This document shows, piece by piece, positions 1 through 12,080 of a stretch of DNA of 64,000 bases. The stretch comes from Anolis carolinensis (lineage: Eukaryota), in contig NC_085841.1 in the NCBI RefSeq assembly GCF_035594765.1, positions 206,716,155 through 206,780,154 on the forward strand. The letters are read 5' to 3'. Position 1 is the stretch's first letter. Each line of letters starts with the position of its first letter. Position numbers and translations under genes: made by a program. Below the pieces are notes generated by a model, which was not told where the DNA came from, did not search any database, and saw only the letters and a list, made by a program, of their open reading frames with translations.

Positions 1-217
1 ATTCGCAAACCAAAACAGGAGGTGAGAGGAAAGAAAAATCGTTGAGAAACCCTTTTTCTGGCAACCCCAGGACCTCTTTCCCCATCCAGTCGTTCCCCAC
101 CCCACCCCCAAAATACTTGACACAAACCACAGTTACTATTTTTAAAAAAATGCAAATAAAAATAAAATAAAGCCACCGGCTCTTCGGGAAAGTTCTCGGG
201 GAAAGTATATATATAAT

Positions 218-412
218 GGGTTGCTGTTAGTTTTCCAGGCTGTATGACCATGTTCCAGAAGCATCCTCTCCTGACGTTCTGCCCACATCTATGGCAGGCA
301 TCCTCAGAGGTTGTCTGCCATAGATGTGGGTGAAACCTCAAGAACATGGCCATACAGCCCGGAAAACTCACAGTAACCCAGTGATCCCGCCGTGAAAGCC
401 CTCGACAACACA
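218..412. mobile_element. Penelope-like element fragment (inverted repeat) in the presumed Hoxd9 3'UTR
   Basis: gggttgctg..gagttttcc..gctgtatg..ccatgttccagaagc family sequence followed by its reverse complement; about 100 nt downstream of the Hoxd9 stop. Confidence 0.85.
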
Positions 413-511
413 TATGCATATAATGTTCACAATAATGAATCCCTCTTTATGTGCGAGTAGAAACCCCTCCAGACATCTAACACCCCACTCAAAGCAGTCC
501 CGCGTGGATCC

Positions 512-753
512 TTAGTCCCCTTTGTTGTTTTTCTCCTTGTTCATCTTTTTCATTTTCATCCTCCGGTTCTGAAACCAGATTTTGACCTGTCTCTCTGTGA
601 GGTTTAAAATCCTAGCCACTTCGTAACGCCGGTCCCGGGTGAGGTACATGTTAAAGAGAAATTCCTTTTCCAGTTCCAGCGTTTGGAATTTGGTGTAAGG
701 GCAGCGCTTTTTCCGCGTGGAGCGAGCGTGGATCCAGTTGGCCGCGGGGTTAT
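512..753 (-). CDS. HOXD9: Hoxd9 exon 2 (homeodomain)
   Basis: Hand translation after the acceptor ttctctag: (N)[87 protein letters not shown] and the C-terminal KGD* match HOXD9. Stop at 512-514. Not in the ORF track. Confidence 0.95.
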
Positions 754-990
754 CTAGAGAAGTGGAGTGGGGTTAGGATTGGAGGGGAGTGGGGGAGAAG
801 AGAAGAGCGAGGAGGGAGAAAAAGCCAAGGGGGGGGGAAGCAGGGAAAGGGTTGGGGTTTGGGAAGGGAAGAAGAGAAGAGAGAGGAGGGAGAAAAAGGA
901 AAAGGGAAAAGAGGGGAGCGGGTTGGGGTTTGGGAAGGGAAGAAGGGCAGGAAGGGAAGGAAGGGAAGAGGGGGGGAGAGAAGGAAGGTC
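754..990 (+). repeat. G/A-rich low-complexity tract in the Hoxd9 intron
   Basis: About 230 nt of almost pure purines with many GGG runs. Confidence 0.8.
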
Positions 991-1159
991 GTTAAATTAA
1001 TTTAACGAAGGACGCCTGCTCTTTTCACCACCGAGGAGGAATTATCATAAAAGTCTGAATGGCCCAGTCTGTTTACTGTACAAATGATGGTAGTAGTAGT
1101 GGTGGTGGTGGTGAGAGGGGGGAGCCCCTCTCTTTCTGAATCTCTCTCTCTCTCTCTCT

Positions 1160-1263
1160 CTTTATTTTTATGGGCGCTTGTTGCTCCGCGTCTAGACGTT
1201 TTTATAGGTTAGTAAAACTATCAGTTTTGCACATTGGAGCCTTACGGGTCGGGGGGCAATAAA
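1160..1263. promoter_or_regulatory. Candidate Hoxd9 intronic element with clustered Hox/Cdx motifs
   Basis: TTTTATGG, TTTTATAG, GTAAAA and CAATAAA within 100 bp of non-repeat DNA. Confidence 0.45.
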
Positions 1264-1331
1264 TCAGAGCGGGTGGGGGCAATTTCTTTCCTTTGCTCTC
1301 TCTCTCTCTAGTAGTTCCCTTTCCAACTTAC

Positions 1332-2130
1332 TTGGGTCAAGTTGCTGCTGCTGCTGCTTCTCCTCTTTCGGGTCACGGCTGGGGCTGGCGTTGCGGCTGC
1401 TGGCGTTGCTGTGGGGGGCGCCAGCGGGGTTTGGGGGCGCCCCGTTGCCGGAGGACACCTTCTCGGCCAGGAAGGGCCCTTGGGGGAAGTCTCCGGGCCC
1501 GGCGGCGATGCCTTGGGGCTCCCTAGGAGGGGCGCACTCGGTCCTTTCGGGAGGAGGAGGAGGAGAAGAGGCAGAGGCGGAAGCGGAGGCAGAGGGGGCC
1601 CCACTTTCCGGCTTCACCAGTCCATAGTGGCGGGCGCTGGAGGGGTGGAGGGTGGGCGCAGCGGTGGAGGGGACTGGGAGGGTGCCGTTGCCGTTGCTGC
1701 TTCCGCCGCCGCCTCCTCCTGCTGTTACTGCAGAGCTGCTGCTGTTGTTGGCAAAAGGGGCGAAGGGCTCGATCCAGGAGCGCACGTACCTGCCGCCACT
1801 CTCTCCAGAGCCCCCCAAATGCGGCTGGGGCATGTACGGGTGGTAAATCCCCGGCATGGGCTGAGGAGGAGGAGGAGGATGAACCGGCGGCCAGGACCCG
1901 GCGGCGAAGACGGAAGAGGAAGCCTTGGGCGCGAAGCTGCAGGAGGCGAAGTCCGAGGCGGAGGCGGAGGAGGAAGAAGGCCGGGGCGCCGATTGCGGGT
2001 GATGGGGGGCTCCCCCTGCCAGGAACCGGGCCGAACCCCCTCCCCCGCCGCCTCCATAAACCTCCTCGCCGTTGTCGTGGCCTATGAGGGCATCCACGTA
2101 GTAGTTACTGATTGTGCCGCTCGACGACAT
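1332..2130 (-). CDS. HOXD9: Hoxd9 exon 1
   Basis: MSSSGTISNYYVDALIGH...FASCSFAPK...GRYVRSW...LDP, then donor A|gtaagt (1331-1326). 799 nt, phase 1; spliced protein is 346 aa. Confidence 0.95.
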
Positions 2131-2387
2131 GTTTGTGGAGGCTCCCTCCGTGGCAGGGCATCGGACATTAAAGGCATTAAAGGAGGAAAATCAAACAAAC
2201 GGGTCCTTGTTGTTGTTGGGTGTTTTTTTTTTCCTTCCCCTCTCCAAAAAATAAATAAATATTTTTTTCGCCCCCCAAATAAAAAAAAATATATACACAC
2301 ACACACACACACTGTTTTAACTGTGGAAGATTCGCCGCCTTTCCTGGAGAACAATCGTAGTATTTTTGCAGGCGGCCCCTGCTCTTC

Positions 2388-2445
2388 ACCATTGGTCCCT
2401 CCGCCCACGTGACGGTATTTACCAATACTCCGGGTAAATCAATCC
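2388..2445 (-). promoter_or_regulatory. Hoxd9 proximal promoter motifs
   Basis: CCAAT box (attgg), GC box ccgccc, E-box CACGTGAC (2406-2413), and TAAATCAAT Pbx/Hox-like site. Confidence 0.55.
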
Positions 2446-2927
2446 GCTCAACTGGGGCTGCAAAAGAGAGGGAGGGAGGGAAAGGGGGCGAAGAGGGAGG
2501 GGAGGAGGGGGCTCGCATCAACCCACAAGGACGAGGAGAGAGGGAGGGAGGGAAGGGAGATCCAAAATGAAGGCTACAGCCAAAGCCTAGGCAGGCTCCA
2601 GAGCAGGCGTGGCCTTACCTACCGGGAGAAAAGGTCGCCACTGCCACTGCCGCGAGTGGGGCGGACTATTTCTTCGCCTCTTGGGAGAGAGCCCTGACTG
2701 CCATTCATTCATCCCTGCCAGCTCAAATCCTGCCAGCCTTGGCTCCTCTCTTGCCAGAGAAAAATGTCCTCCTCGGCCAAAGAAAGAGATAAATGAGGCG
2801 AAGGAGAAAGGAAGGCAGGGATCCACTCATACAAACTCTAGGGAGATCCTGTTAAAAACAAACACTTCAAAACATTAGATTGTTGATCTGAGCGCGAGTA
2901 ACGACTCTCTTCATCAAACAAGGCAAT

Positions 2928-3147
2928 GGGTTGCTGTAAGTTTTTCGGGTGTATGGCCGTGTTCCAGAAGCAAGCTTCCCTAACTTTTCACCCACATATA
3001 TGGCAGTCTTCCTCAGATACATACCTCACAACCACTGAGGATGCCTGCCATAGATGTGGGTGAAACGTCAGGAGAGAATGCTTCTGGAACATGGCAATAC
3101 AACCCGGAAAACTCACAGCAATTCCGGGCATGAACGCCTTCGACAAA
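2928..3147. mobile_element. PLE inverted-repeat fragment
   Basis: Same family as 218-412; plus arm carries CTGAGGA...GAAACGTC. Confidence 0.85.
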
Positions 3148-3730
3148 CAAGGCAACGTTACAAGGGGGTGGAGGGGGGGCATACAAAGCAATGACAGCCA
3201 TCTTTCCAGCGCCAAGCTTGGCTTCCTTTCTTTGTTCTCTGTCTTTATTTATTTTTTATTATGATTATTTTTAAAAATAAAAAACAAGGCAGAGAAGAAA
3301 TGATTGAGAGAGAGAGAGAGAAAGATAATGCTCCTGCTGCCCATTGTGTTGTTTTAAAACAGGTGGAAGACCTCTCCGCAAAGATTTTATGCCTTTCAAT
3401 AAAATTTTTATGAGGTGCATTTGATTATAGATTAATGTGTCCCTCTAATAAAATGGACTGATGGCACACGAGGAGGGAAAAAAGCCTCCCCTTTCTCTCT
3501 CTCTCCTTTCTTCCCTCCCTCCACACTGACAGCGCCAGTCTCTGCACTTGGAAAGGGTTTGCAAAGCTGGCATCCACACAAGAAGGAAGGAATGAAAGGA
3601 AGGAAGGAGGCGAGAGGCTCCCCAGTTGCCTTCAACGGAGCCTGGGTTGTTGCTTTTGAGGAAGGGGGGCAATATCCCCATAACCCAGGCTGCTTTGGCA
3701 AATAATCGGTGACAAACAAGATGCAAAAGA

Positions 3731-3880
3731 GGCCCCTTCCATACAGCTGAATAAAATCCCACATTTTCTGCATTGAACTGGGATATATGGCAGTGTGGAC
3801 TCAGATAATCCAGTTCAAAGGAGATATTGTGGGATTTTCTGCCTTGATATTCTGGGTTATGTGACTGTGTGGAAGGACCC
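3731..3880. mobile_element. Harbinger-like MITE
   Basis: TIRs ggccccttcca...tggaaggacc; many related copies in the window. Confidence 0.75.
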
Positions 3881-5880
3881 AGAGACACCCCCCCCCCCCA
3901 AAACGACCCCTATTTTCTGGCCTTGCTTTCATTTCTTGGTTGCCTTCAAGCTCTTAGTGGCCAGGAAGCATTTACTACCACCCTTTCCACCCCAACCCCC
4001 CCAAAAAGTCAAGGAGATCCAGACGAGTTTTACCACCTTTTTATTATTTGCTCGGAGAGGCCAAGTTTCCGGCGAAGGGGGGCTCGGATCTGGAACAAAG
4101 AGCCCGCCGGTATTTACAACTTAAGCAGCCATTCTGGTTTCTTCTCCTGGAGATAAGTTTGAATTTCAGGCGGGCTAAGAAATGGATGGGCTTGAATGTG
4201 GAGAGAGAATGTGTAGGATTAGTTGGAAACAAAACAAAACAGCCCCAAAGTCAACCCAAACACTCGACAAGCCAGCTGAATTTCCCAGTTATTTGATTAC
4301 CAATTGGCCAGAGATTTCTTGGAAACGGCCATAGGATATATATATATATGATGAGAGAACATGTAGAGAATATATATATATATATATGCTTTGTTAATGT
4401 TTTATTTGGTGAAACATCATACAGTGTCCAAATAATCTAAAGCCCACCTCCTAACATTTTTCCCTGTGTGCTTTTGTGTTTGACACAGTGTGTATTGATT
4501 GACACTTCACATCCATACACACCTATAATATTGAAGTCAATAGCTTTCAGCTTGAACCATAGTTCAAATTAACATAGGTTAGAGATACGCTTTAAAGGCA
4601 GTTTGGAAGTTGACCGAGAAAGCTTCTTCCTGAGCTTCGTTTCATAACAATATTATTCCGTTTCCATTCAGCAATCGTTTCATACAGAAGCAACGGACAT
4701 GAGCAGGTTTAATAACATAGCATCCAGACAGCTCAAAATGTCTAATGATGGGGTGTGAAAGCGTGCAAACACACTATTTATACAATATGTGGACACATAT
4801 GCAGGTTAGACACATCTAAGCTTGGAACCAGACCCATGCAATGCAACCATATAGCCAAGAGAGTGTACTGACTCTTGATAAGAAGTACTGATCAGCTTTC
4901 ATCTCAAAGGACAGTCTTTCCAGGCTAATTTTGGGGTGGAGGCGACAGGAGGGGAATGGGAATATAACTGTGATATCACTGTTCCTTTATGAACTCTCTC
5001 TGTGTCATTATGCAAGCCAATATTTTCCACTTTGGTCGAGGCCGTTCCTAGATTTCTGCGCTTAACAAGGCGGGGATTTTTAGCAATTTGGCTTCTCTTT
5101 CCATTTCCCCCTTTTAAGGGGGTGTGGGTGGTTTTCTTTCTCAATTTGCCTCCTTGTTTAGTTGTTGTCTTTTTGAAGGTGAAAGCATTTGCAAGGATTT
5201 GGACTTCATCTGAGAGTCATGTTCATTTGCAAAATCACATGCAAACACACATATAAACACCCGGTAGGGCCGCTATTGCTTTGGGTTCTTTTTCTCTCCC
5301 TTTCCCTCCCTTTCTTTTTGCTTACTCCTTCCCCCCTTTCCGCTATTTTCCCAAAATAATGCGTCTGTTGGCCCTATTTCGCAGAGTCCAAGTCGTAAAC
5401 TTCGTGTCTTTTGAGGTTTGCTATTAAGAAAGCCAACAAACACCCGAAATTGCCTTGGAGTCGGGCAAACATAGAAGCTGAACCTCCCTCCCTGAACAAC
5501 GCCAGGCGCTTTCGAGGTGGGCAAAAACGGAGAAGGCCTTGTTTAGAAAATCAGGGGCAAAAAAGGATTATTTCAAAGCAGATATTGTGGAATTTTCTGT
5601 TTAGATATTCTGGGATATTTGACTGTATGGAAGGGCGCTAGGTTTGCCTGAATGCAAGAAAGGAGGAATAGAGGAGGCTAAATCTCGCAGGTAATCCTCA
5701 TCTTTACGCCAGGTTGTTTTTTGTTTTTTTAATTACCAAACAGTATAAAATTGGCTCTGGTAGAGAAATGAATGATGCTTTTGTTATGTTGCTTTCGTTT
5801 TTTAACCTCAAAAAGTTTTAACCTCAAAAAATCAACCCTGGATCATTTAAAGGCATATTTTTACTAACATTTGAAGGCTT

Positions 5881-6200
5881 TGTATTGTCGAAGGGTTTCA
5901 TGGCCAGAATCACTGGGTTGCTTTGAGTTTTCCGGGCTGCATGGCCATGTTCTAGAAGCACTCTTTCCTGACGTTTTGCCTGCTCCCTCATAGGTTGTGA
6001 GGTCTGTTGGAAACTAGGCAAGTGGGATGTATATATTTGTGGAGTGTTTAGGGTGGGAGACAAGAGTTCTTTCTCCCACTTGTCTAGTTTCCAACAGACC
6101 TTACAACCTCTGAGGATGCCTGCCATAGATGCAGGCGAAACATCAGGAAATAATGCTTCTGGAACATGGCCATAAAGCTCGGAAAACTCACAGCAACCCA
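5881..6200. mobile_element. PLE inverted-repeat fragment
   Basis: Family sequence in both orientations. Confidence 0.85.
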
Positions 6201-6449
6201 TTTAAAGTCTTCCTCTCAAGTTGTGCTAAAAGCACCAACCAAGACATTCGAACACTATATAGGGAACAATTGGATATATAGCATCTATATCCAAATCTAT
6301 ATCTATTTCCACAGGAACCCCTTCCCCGTCGCTTCCATGTTTTCTCTGCTTTCCCATCCTAAAGAGAACGAAAAGACCCGCAAACTCGTGTATTTTGTTT
6401 TGTTTTGCTTTGTTTTGAAAGACCAAAGGCACCGCATGACTTTACAGAG

Positions 6450-6455
6450 TTTATT
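6450..6455 (-). terminator. Probable Hoxd10 polyadenylation signal AATAAA
   Basis: tttatt on plus, about 820 nt after the stop, followed on the minus strand by GT-rich sequence. Confidence 0.6.
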
Positions 6456-6946
6456 GCATTACACATGCGAATAGGACATGCACAAAGAAGAAGACACATC
6501 GCTCCCCCACCCTTTAAATACCACTACGATTCCACGTATGTACCACAAGGGAAATAATGTGGAAAAAATAAAGGATCAAAATAAAGGTCTACAGCTGAGA
6601 ATGAAAGATTTCATTGCACAAAAGACAAGTCTGACGGATACCGGGGAGTGGATTGTTAGTTACATCATAAAATGTGCTTTCTTGCTTTCACTCACTCTCT
6701 CTTGGCTTGGCCTCCCACCCACCCACCTCCCGGAAAAACAAAACAAAAACAAAAACCCTTTTTTCCTTCCAAAATAATTCTTAAAGTATTTCCTATATTC
6801 AAAATGCCATTTTCCCCTATCGCAGCCCCCCACATAAATACCACGTGGTCAGTTAAAAAAACATGAGCGGGCGGGGGAAGGTCACATTGTTTGGATGTTC
6901 GACATTTCCAATAAGTTAAGACCGAATGAATGTGTTCAAACTAAGT

Positions 6947-6964
6947 TTACCCTGCATTACGATG
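6947..6964 (-). promoter_or_regulatory. miR-10 target site in the Hoxd10 3'UTR
   Basis: mRNA reads CAUCGUAAUGCAGGGUAA, complementary to the miR-10 5' end UACCCUG(U), and resembles the mammalian HOXD10 miR-10b site as recalled. Confidence 0.65.
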
Positions 6965-7272
6965 AGGAGGAGAAAAACAAAATAGAACAATAAATTACAC
7001 GTGCTAGGGTTTCTTTTTGTTTAATATATATATGTACGTATGTATGTATATATATACTCGCCATAGGGACATACGTAGACACTTGCAGCACTAAAAAGGA
7101 TGAGGAAAGGTCACATTCTATCAGAAATTAAAAAACAATGTCAAATGAAGGGGTGTCTCTTTCCCTTCTCCCTCCCTCGCCCCTCCCTCCTCCCCAAATA
7201 AAGTCTCTCCTACATCTCTGTAGCCACTGAGCCTGTGCCTCAGCGATTGGTCAGCCCCCAGGTGAAACCGGT

Positions 7273-7550
7273 TTAAGAGAAGGTCAGATTAGCGGTCAGT
7301 TCTCGGATTCGGTTCTCTCTGCTCATCTTCTTGAGCTTCATTCTGCGGTTTTGAAACCAGATCTTGACCTGCCTGTCAGTGAGGTTTACGCTCTTACTGA
7401 TCTCTAGGCGGCGCTCTCGAGTGAGATACATATTGAATAAGAACTCTTTCTCTAATTCCAGTGTCTGATGTTTAGTATAAGGACACCTCTTCTTTCTGCC
7501 ACTCTTTGCAGTTAACCAATTGCTGGTTGGCGTATCAGACTTGATTTCCT
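7273..7550 (-). CDS. HOXD10: Hoxd10 exon 2 (homeodomain)
   Basis: [36 protein letters not shown]...[15 protein letters not shown]; acceptor ttttgctag| at 7551. Confidence 0.97.
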
Positions 7551-8685
7551 CTAGCAAAATCAAAGGAGAAAGAAGGAAGGAAGGAATAAAATAAAAAGAA
7601 GGAAAAGGGAGAATACACACACATGCACACACCTCAGTGACTTATATAGTGTACCCTTGGCCATGAACCCACCTCCATTGTGTCTGCCAAATATGGTGGC
7701 TTGTGGGTATCAAACATTGCTGAAGGCTGAGTTTGAACACAATGGTTTCCAGGTGCGAATTAAACAATGACCAGGCGAATGAGCCAATGAGCTTTTCTGG
7801 GTAGCTTTTGTTGCTTTACAGTATACAGGCTACATCTTCTGCATCTAGAGATGCAGAAATAGATTTCAAATATTCTACAGCATGGGGAAGAATCCTGCCA
7901 CCTTCCCAATGTATCACGTTTCCTTAGGTATCTTTTGTAGAAACCAATGTATAACCTGGAAAGCCACTTAATTCACATCTCCGTTAAAACATTTTAATCC
8001 ACATTCATTTTGAAAAATGAGTCCATTTTATAATACCCCCACAATTAGCCAGGAAAAACCAATATGGCCTTTAGAAAAAAAAAACTTTCCACTAATAGAA
8101 AAATTGAAAGAAAGAAAAAACAGAAATACCCTGCAGAGCCATATTTTTTCCATTCAGGATTGTTTCCCCTCATTAGAGGCAAAGTTGACCTGGACTTATT
8201 AGTGAAATTGCAATTGCCTGCTAATCTTTTCCCTTTAATCAGTATATAATTAAGACCAAATTCACAGCAGGGCTTGCAAAGGTTTTCTATTTAAAAAATT
8301 AACTAAAGGCGCTTTCCGTTTGATTTGTGTTTTTTAGCTTTTGGCTCTTCCACCATATGATCCCTCCTTCAAAAGCTTGTGGACCCCCACCCTTTCCTAA
8401 AGGACAATGAAATAAACATTCACCCCATCTTTAGGAATTTAATTTCAGCCTCTAGGTCCTATTTCACCTTAAGAAACCCCATTTAGGTCACCTCAGTTTG
8501 GGTCTCGTGGACCAGGAGAGAAAGGGCCATGCTTTATTGTACATCCTCAAACTTTCTCCCCTTCCTTTTTTAAAGGGGGAAAATTGGGGAGGTGACCCTT
8601 ATTTTGAACAGTGGTGTTCAGGAAGACACAGAGGAGGAAATATTCGATCCCAGTCTGATCAAAAGGAAAAGCGAACTGAGATCCA

Positions 8686-8839
8686 GGGCCCTTCCACACA
8701 GCCCTATATCTCAGAATATCAAGGCAGAAAATCCCACATTATCTGTGATGAATATATGGTAGTGTGAACTCAGATAACCCAGTTATTGTGGGATTTTCTG
8801 CCTTGATATTCTAAGATATAGGGTTGTGTGGAAGGGCCC
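8686..8839. mobile_element. Harbinger-like MITE in the Hoxd10 intron
   Basis: About 55-bp TIRs gggcccttccacacagccctatatc... Confidence 0.8.
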
Positions 8840-9176
8840 TTAGGGGGGAAAAGAGAAAGCCATGGGGTGGTATCATGCAGCAGCCAGGCAAAAGGGGGAG
8901 AAGAAAAGGGGGAGTGCTTCCTCCCCAAAAAGGGGTGCTTCTCTACCCCTTCATTTTGCCACCCACATCCCTGAAAACTTGAGAGAACCTGGCACCAAAA
9001 GAGAGAGACACAGAGGGATAGGAAAAAGAGAAAGGGGCTGAGGAAGAGATGGGGAGAAAGAGAGAAGGGTTTTCCTGCTGCACCATGAATGGTGGCTATG
9101 CTAGGCAGGCACTTCTTACTGTGCTTTAGGCAACCAAGTGAGGAGGAGGACCACCCAGCCTGGTGAGGATACCGAC

Positions 9177-10023
9177 CTTTGCTATCTTTCTCCTGGGCTT
9201 CGGGGCTGGAGACGGGGGCTTCCGGCAGACAGCCCCTGTCTTCTTGAAGCGAGACGGACTTGGGCTCGGGACTTTCCACTTGGGCGACTTTGGCGGAGTT
9301 GTTGTCTGGGTGATGGTGGTGATGGTGGTGCTGGTGGTGGTTGCTGCTGGTGGTGCTGCTGGCATTGCTGCTGCTGCTGTTGGCATTGCTGCCGCTGTTG
9401 CTGGGGTTCTCGTTCATTTTCTTCTCCATCGGGACCTGCGAGGCGAGCTGAGGCTTGGAGGCGCCGCGAGGGTTGAGCTGCAACATGACAGTGGAACTAC
9501 TCGCCTCTGGGCCGTTATTGTACTCTTGGGCTTTCCCCGCCGTGGCGTAGGTCTGGCTGAGCCTGAAGTATCCTGGGACGGGGACCTCGGGGTTCTCGAT
9601 GGGGCACGAGTCAGAGACCAGCCTCTGGTAGGAAGGGACCTCGGAGGCGGAGGACACCAGCTTGGACCTCTTGTCAGAATACATGCAGCAGTTGGTCTCT
9701 TCCTTAATGTTGGCCGTGAAGGAGCAAGTGGGGACCTGCTGCGTAACAGGTTGCTCTATTCGGCAGGACCTGCTCGGGTCTGTCCAATTGTCTACTTGAG
9801 GGATATACGGGTGGACGTTCATACCCATATTTTGATGATTGACCTCTCGTTTGGCCAGAGACGGCAGGAGTCCACAGGTTTGCATCCCATACGTCCCAAT
9901 GTCTGTGCTAGGTGGCATGTACATGCTGGCGCTGTTGGAATAGAAGCTATCGCTCCTGCAGGCACTGATCAAGGAGTCGACTAGGAAAGTATTGGCGGCA
10001 GGAGAGCTGTTGGGAAAGGACAT
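9177..10023 (-). CDS. HOXD10: Hoxd10 exon 1
   Basis: [28 protein letters not shown]...[15 protein letters not shown]...EKDSK; donor G|gtcggt. 847 nt, phase 1; spliced protein is 374 aa. Confidence 0.96.
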
Positions 10024-10779
10024 TTTGGGGAGGAATTGGGAGGAGAGAGATTGTGTCCTTTGTAGGCTGACATCTCTACGAAAACATTCCCTGTGTAATT
10101 GTGGGTGCCTCTGCGCAACCACATGACGGCTAAGCCAATGAGAGGGGGAAATGGCCTTGAGCCGCTACCTCCCCGCCACTCACGTGGTGCCCGGGACACT
10201 CGGCCGAGGCGCAAAGGCGGACAACAGCGACACCTGGGACGTCCGGGCGGAAGTGCAGCCGCCCAGCGCCGCCTCTTTCGCCCCTTCCTCCTCCGCCTCT
10301 TCCAGAGGCGGCAAAAGCAGCAGTGCTACCCACAGCAGCAACCTTTTCTCCCCCCTCGCCAAGCCATGCTTCACCCCCCCCCCCCCCCCCCGAAAAGCCA
10401 TCCTTGGCGCACTGCGCTGATTTAAAGCGAAGATATTCATGGAAAAGACCTGAACCCCCCCCCCCCCCCCTCTTCCATCCACACACCTTCCTTTTATTCA
10501 AATCTTCCTCTTAAAAAAACAAAACAACCAAAGTCCTAAGCAAGGCACTGTCCGAATTCAGCCTGATCCTGAAGAACTTACTCCTGTCTGCTTTGGCTCA
10601 AAAATACTGAGGCAGGTACTTCAGCACATTGCTTTTTAAGATTAGCAAAAAATGAAGAATTCCCTTTTCCTAATGATTCCTAGTGCCACCATTGATATCC
10701 AAGTGCAATAATGAACAATTACGGGTGACAATTGCATTGGAATGGCTCCTGTTATATGTGTGATTTTAAGCTATTGTTT

Positions 10780-10937
10780 TCATTGACATGTTTTTATGAC
10801 GCGATTTTAAAGTATATGTTGTTAATGTTGATATGTTGTTCAAGGCATCAAATTGTGCCTTTGTTGTAAGCCGTCCTGAGCCCTCTTCCAGCGAGAAGGG
10901 CGGGATAGAAATACATTAAATAAATAATAATAAATAA
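10780..10937 (+). mobile_element. CR1/L2-type LINE 3' end
   Basis: gtaagccg.cctgag...gaagggcgggat..aaat..(taaa)n tail; similar tails at 23130-23345, 60780-60885 and 62785-62928. Confidence 0.6.
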
Positions 10938-11006
10938 GAAGGGAAACGCAAAACTGGGGAGGGATGAAGGAGGCAGGGGCATGGCATGGGAGCAGGAGTA
11001 AGATAG

Positions 11007-11293
11007 GGTGATCACACCTGATGGTGATGATTATGATAATAATAATAATAATAATGTGTTGTCGAAGGCTTTCCTGCCCAGAATCACTGGGTTGCTGTGA
11101 GTTTTCCAGGCTGTATTATCATGTTCCAGAAGCATTCTCTCCTAACGTTTCACCCACATCCATGGCAGGCATCCTCAAGGTTGAGGGCTCGACCTCACAA
11201 CCTCTGAGAATGCCTGCCATAGATGTAGGCGAAAGGTCAGGAGAGAATGTTTATGGAACTTGGCCATACAGCCCGGAAAACTCATAGCAACTC

Positions 11294-11345
<52 letters not shown>

Positions 11346-11834
11346 GCGTCATACAGTTGCTGCTTCAACCAACTTCATCAGCCTCTCCATTAACAGACAC
11401 CAATGCTGTCCTCAGAAGAACCTTCCAAGGAAAGAGGTCTTAATTTGCAACAAGTCTTCCCCCTTAAACCCGCCACATACATTTCCTTCATTCCCTTCAA
11501 AATCAGGAAAGTCTTTTCAAAAGATACGGTATCCATCCACAGGCGAAAGATGCGGTGATCACACCTGATGATGATGATGATGATGATGATTATGATGATG
11601 ATGATAATGGGTTGCTGTGAGTTTTCCGTGCTATATGGCCATGTTCCAGAAGGATTCTCTCCTAACCTTTTGCTCACATCTATGGCAGGCATCCTCACAA
11701 CTTCACAACCTCTGAGGATGCCTGCCATAGATGTGGGCAAAAGATCAGGAAAGAATGCTTCTGGAACATGGCCATAGAGCCCGGAAAAATCACAGTACAC
11801 TAGTGATTCCGGCCATGAAAGCCTTCGACAACAC

Positions 11835-11893
<59 letters not shown>

Positions 11894-12080
11894 AGCTGCT
11901 GCTTCATCAACCAACTTCATCAACCTCTCCATTAACAGACACCAATGTTGTCCTCAGAAGAATTCTCCAAAGAAAGGGGTCTTAGTTTCCAACAAGGCTT
12001 CCCCTCAAACCCTCCACATACGTTTCCTTCTTTCCCTTCATAATCAGGAAAGTCTTCTCAAATGAAGCGATATCCACCCA
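11007..12080. repeat. Tandem duplication of about 545 bp; each unit contains (ATG/AAT)n plus a PLE inverted repeat
   Basis: ggtgatcacacctgatg near 11007 and 11554; shared unique block tacag.tgctgcttca...aggaaagtctt at about 11352-11530 and 11891-12075. Confidence 0.85.

Noticed and set aside
1342-2412. 356-aa plus-strand ORF, and similar antisense ORFs at 9163-9984 and 24653-25210
   Set aside because: Shadow frames of GC-rich Hox exons; low complexity with no recognisable domain.
5824-6201. Recurrent short ORFs (MGCCEFSGLYGHVPEAF..., LRMPAIDVGE...)
   Set aside because: Translations of the PLE repeat, not a gene family.
8770-9176. C-terminal extensions of exon-1 ORFs (also 1264-1331, 24248-24483 and 38054-38226)
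   Set aside because: Read-through past clear splice donors; in Hoxd10 it runs into a MITE.
10024-10122. 33-aa N-terminal extension of Hoxd10 in the ORF track
   Set aside because: Starts at a GTG; the conserved start is MSFPNS at 10023.
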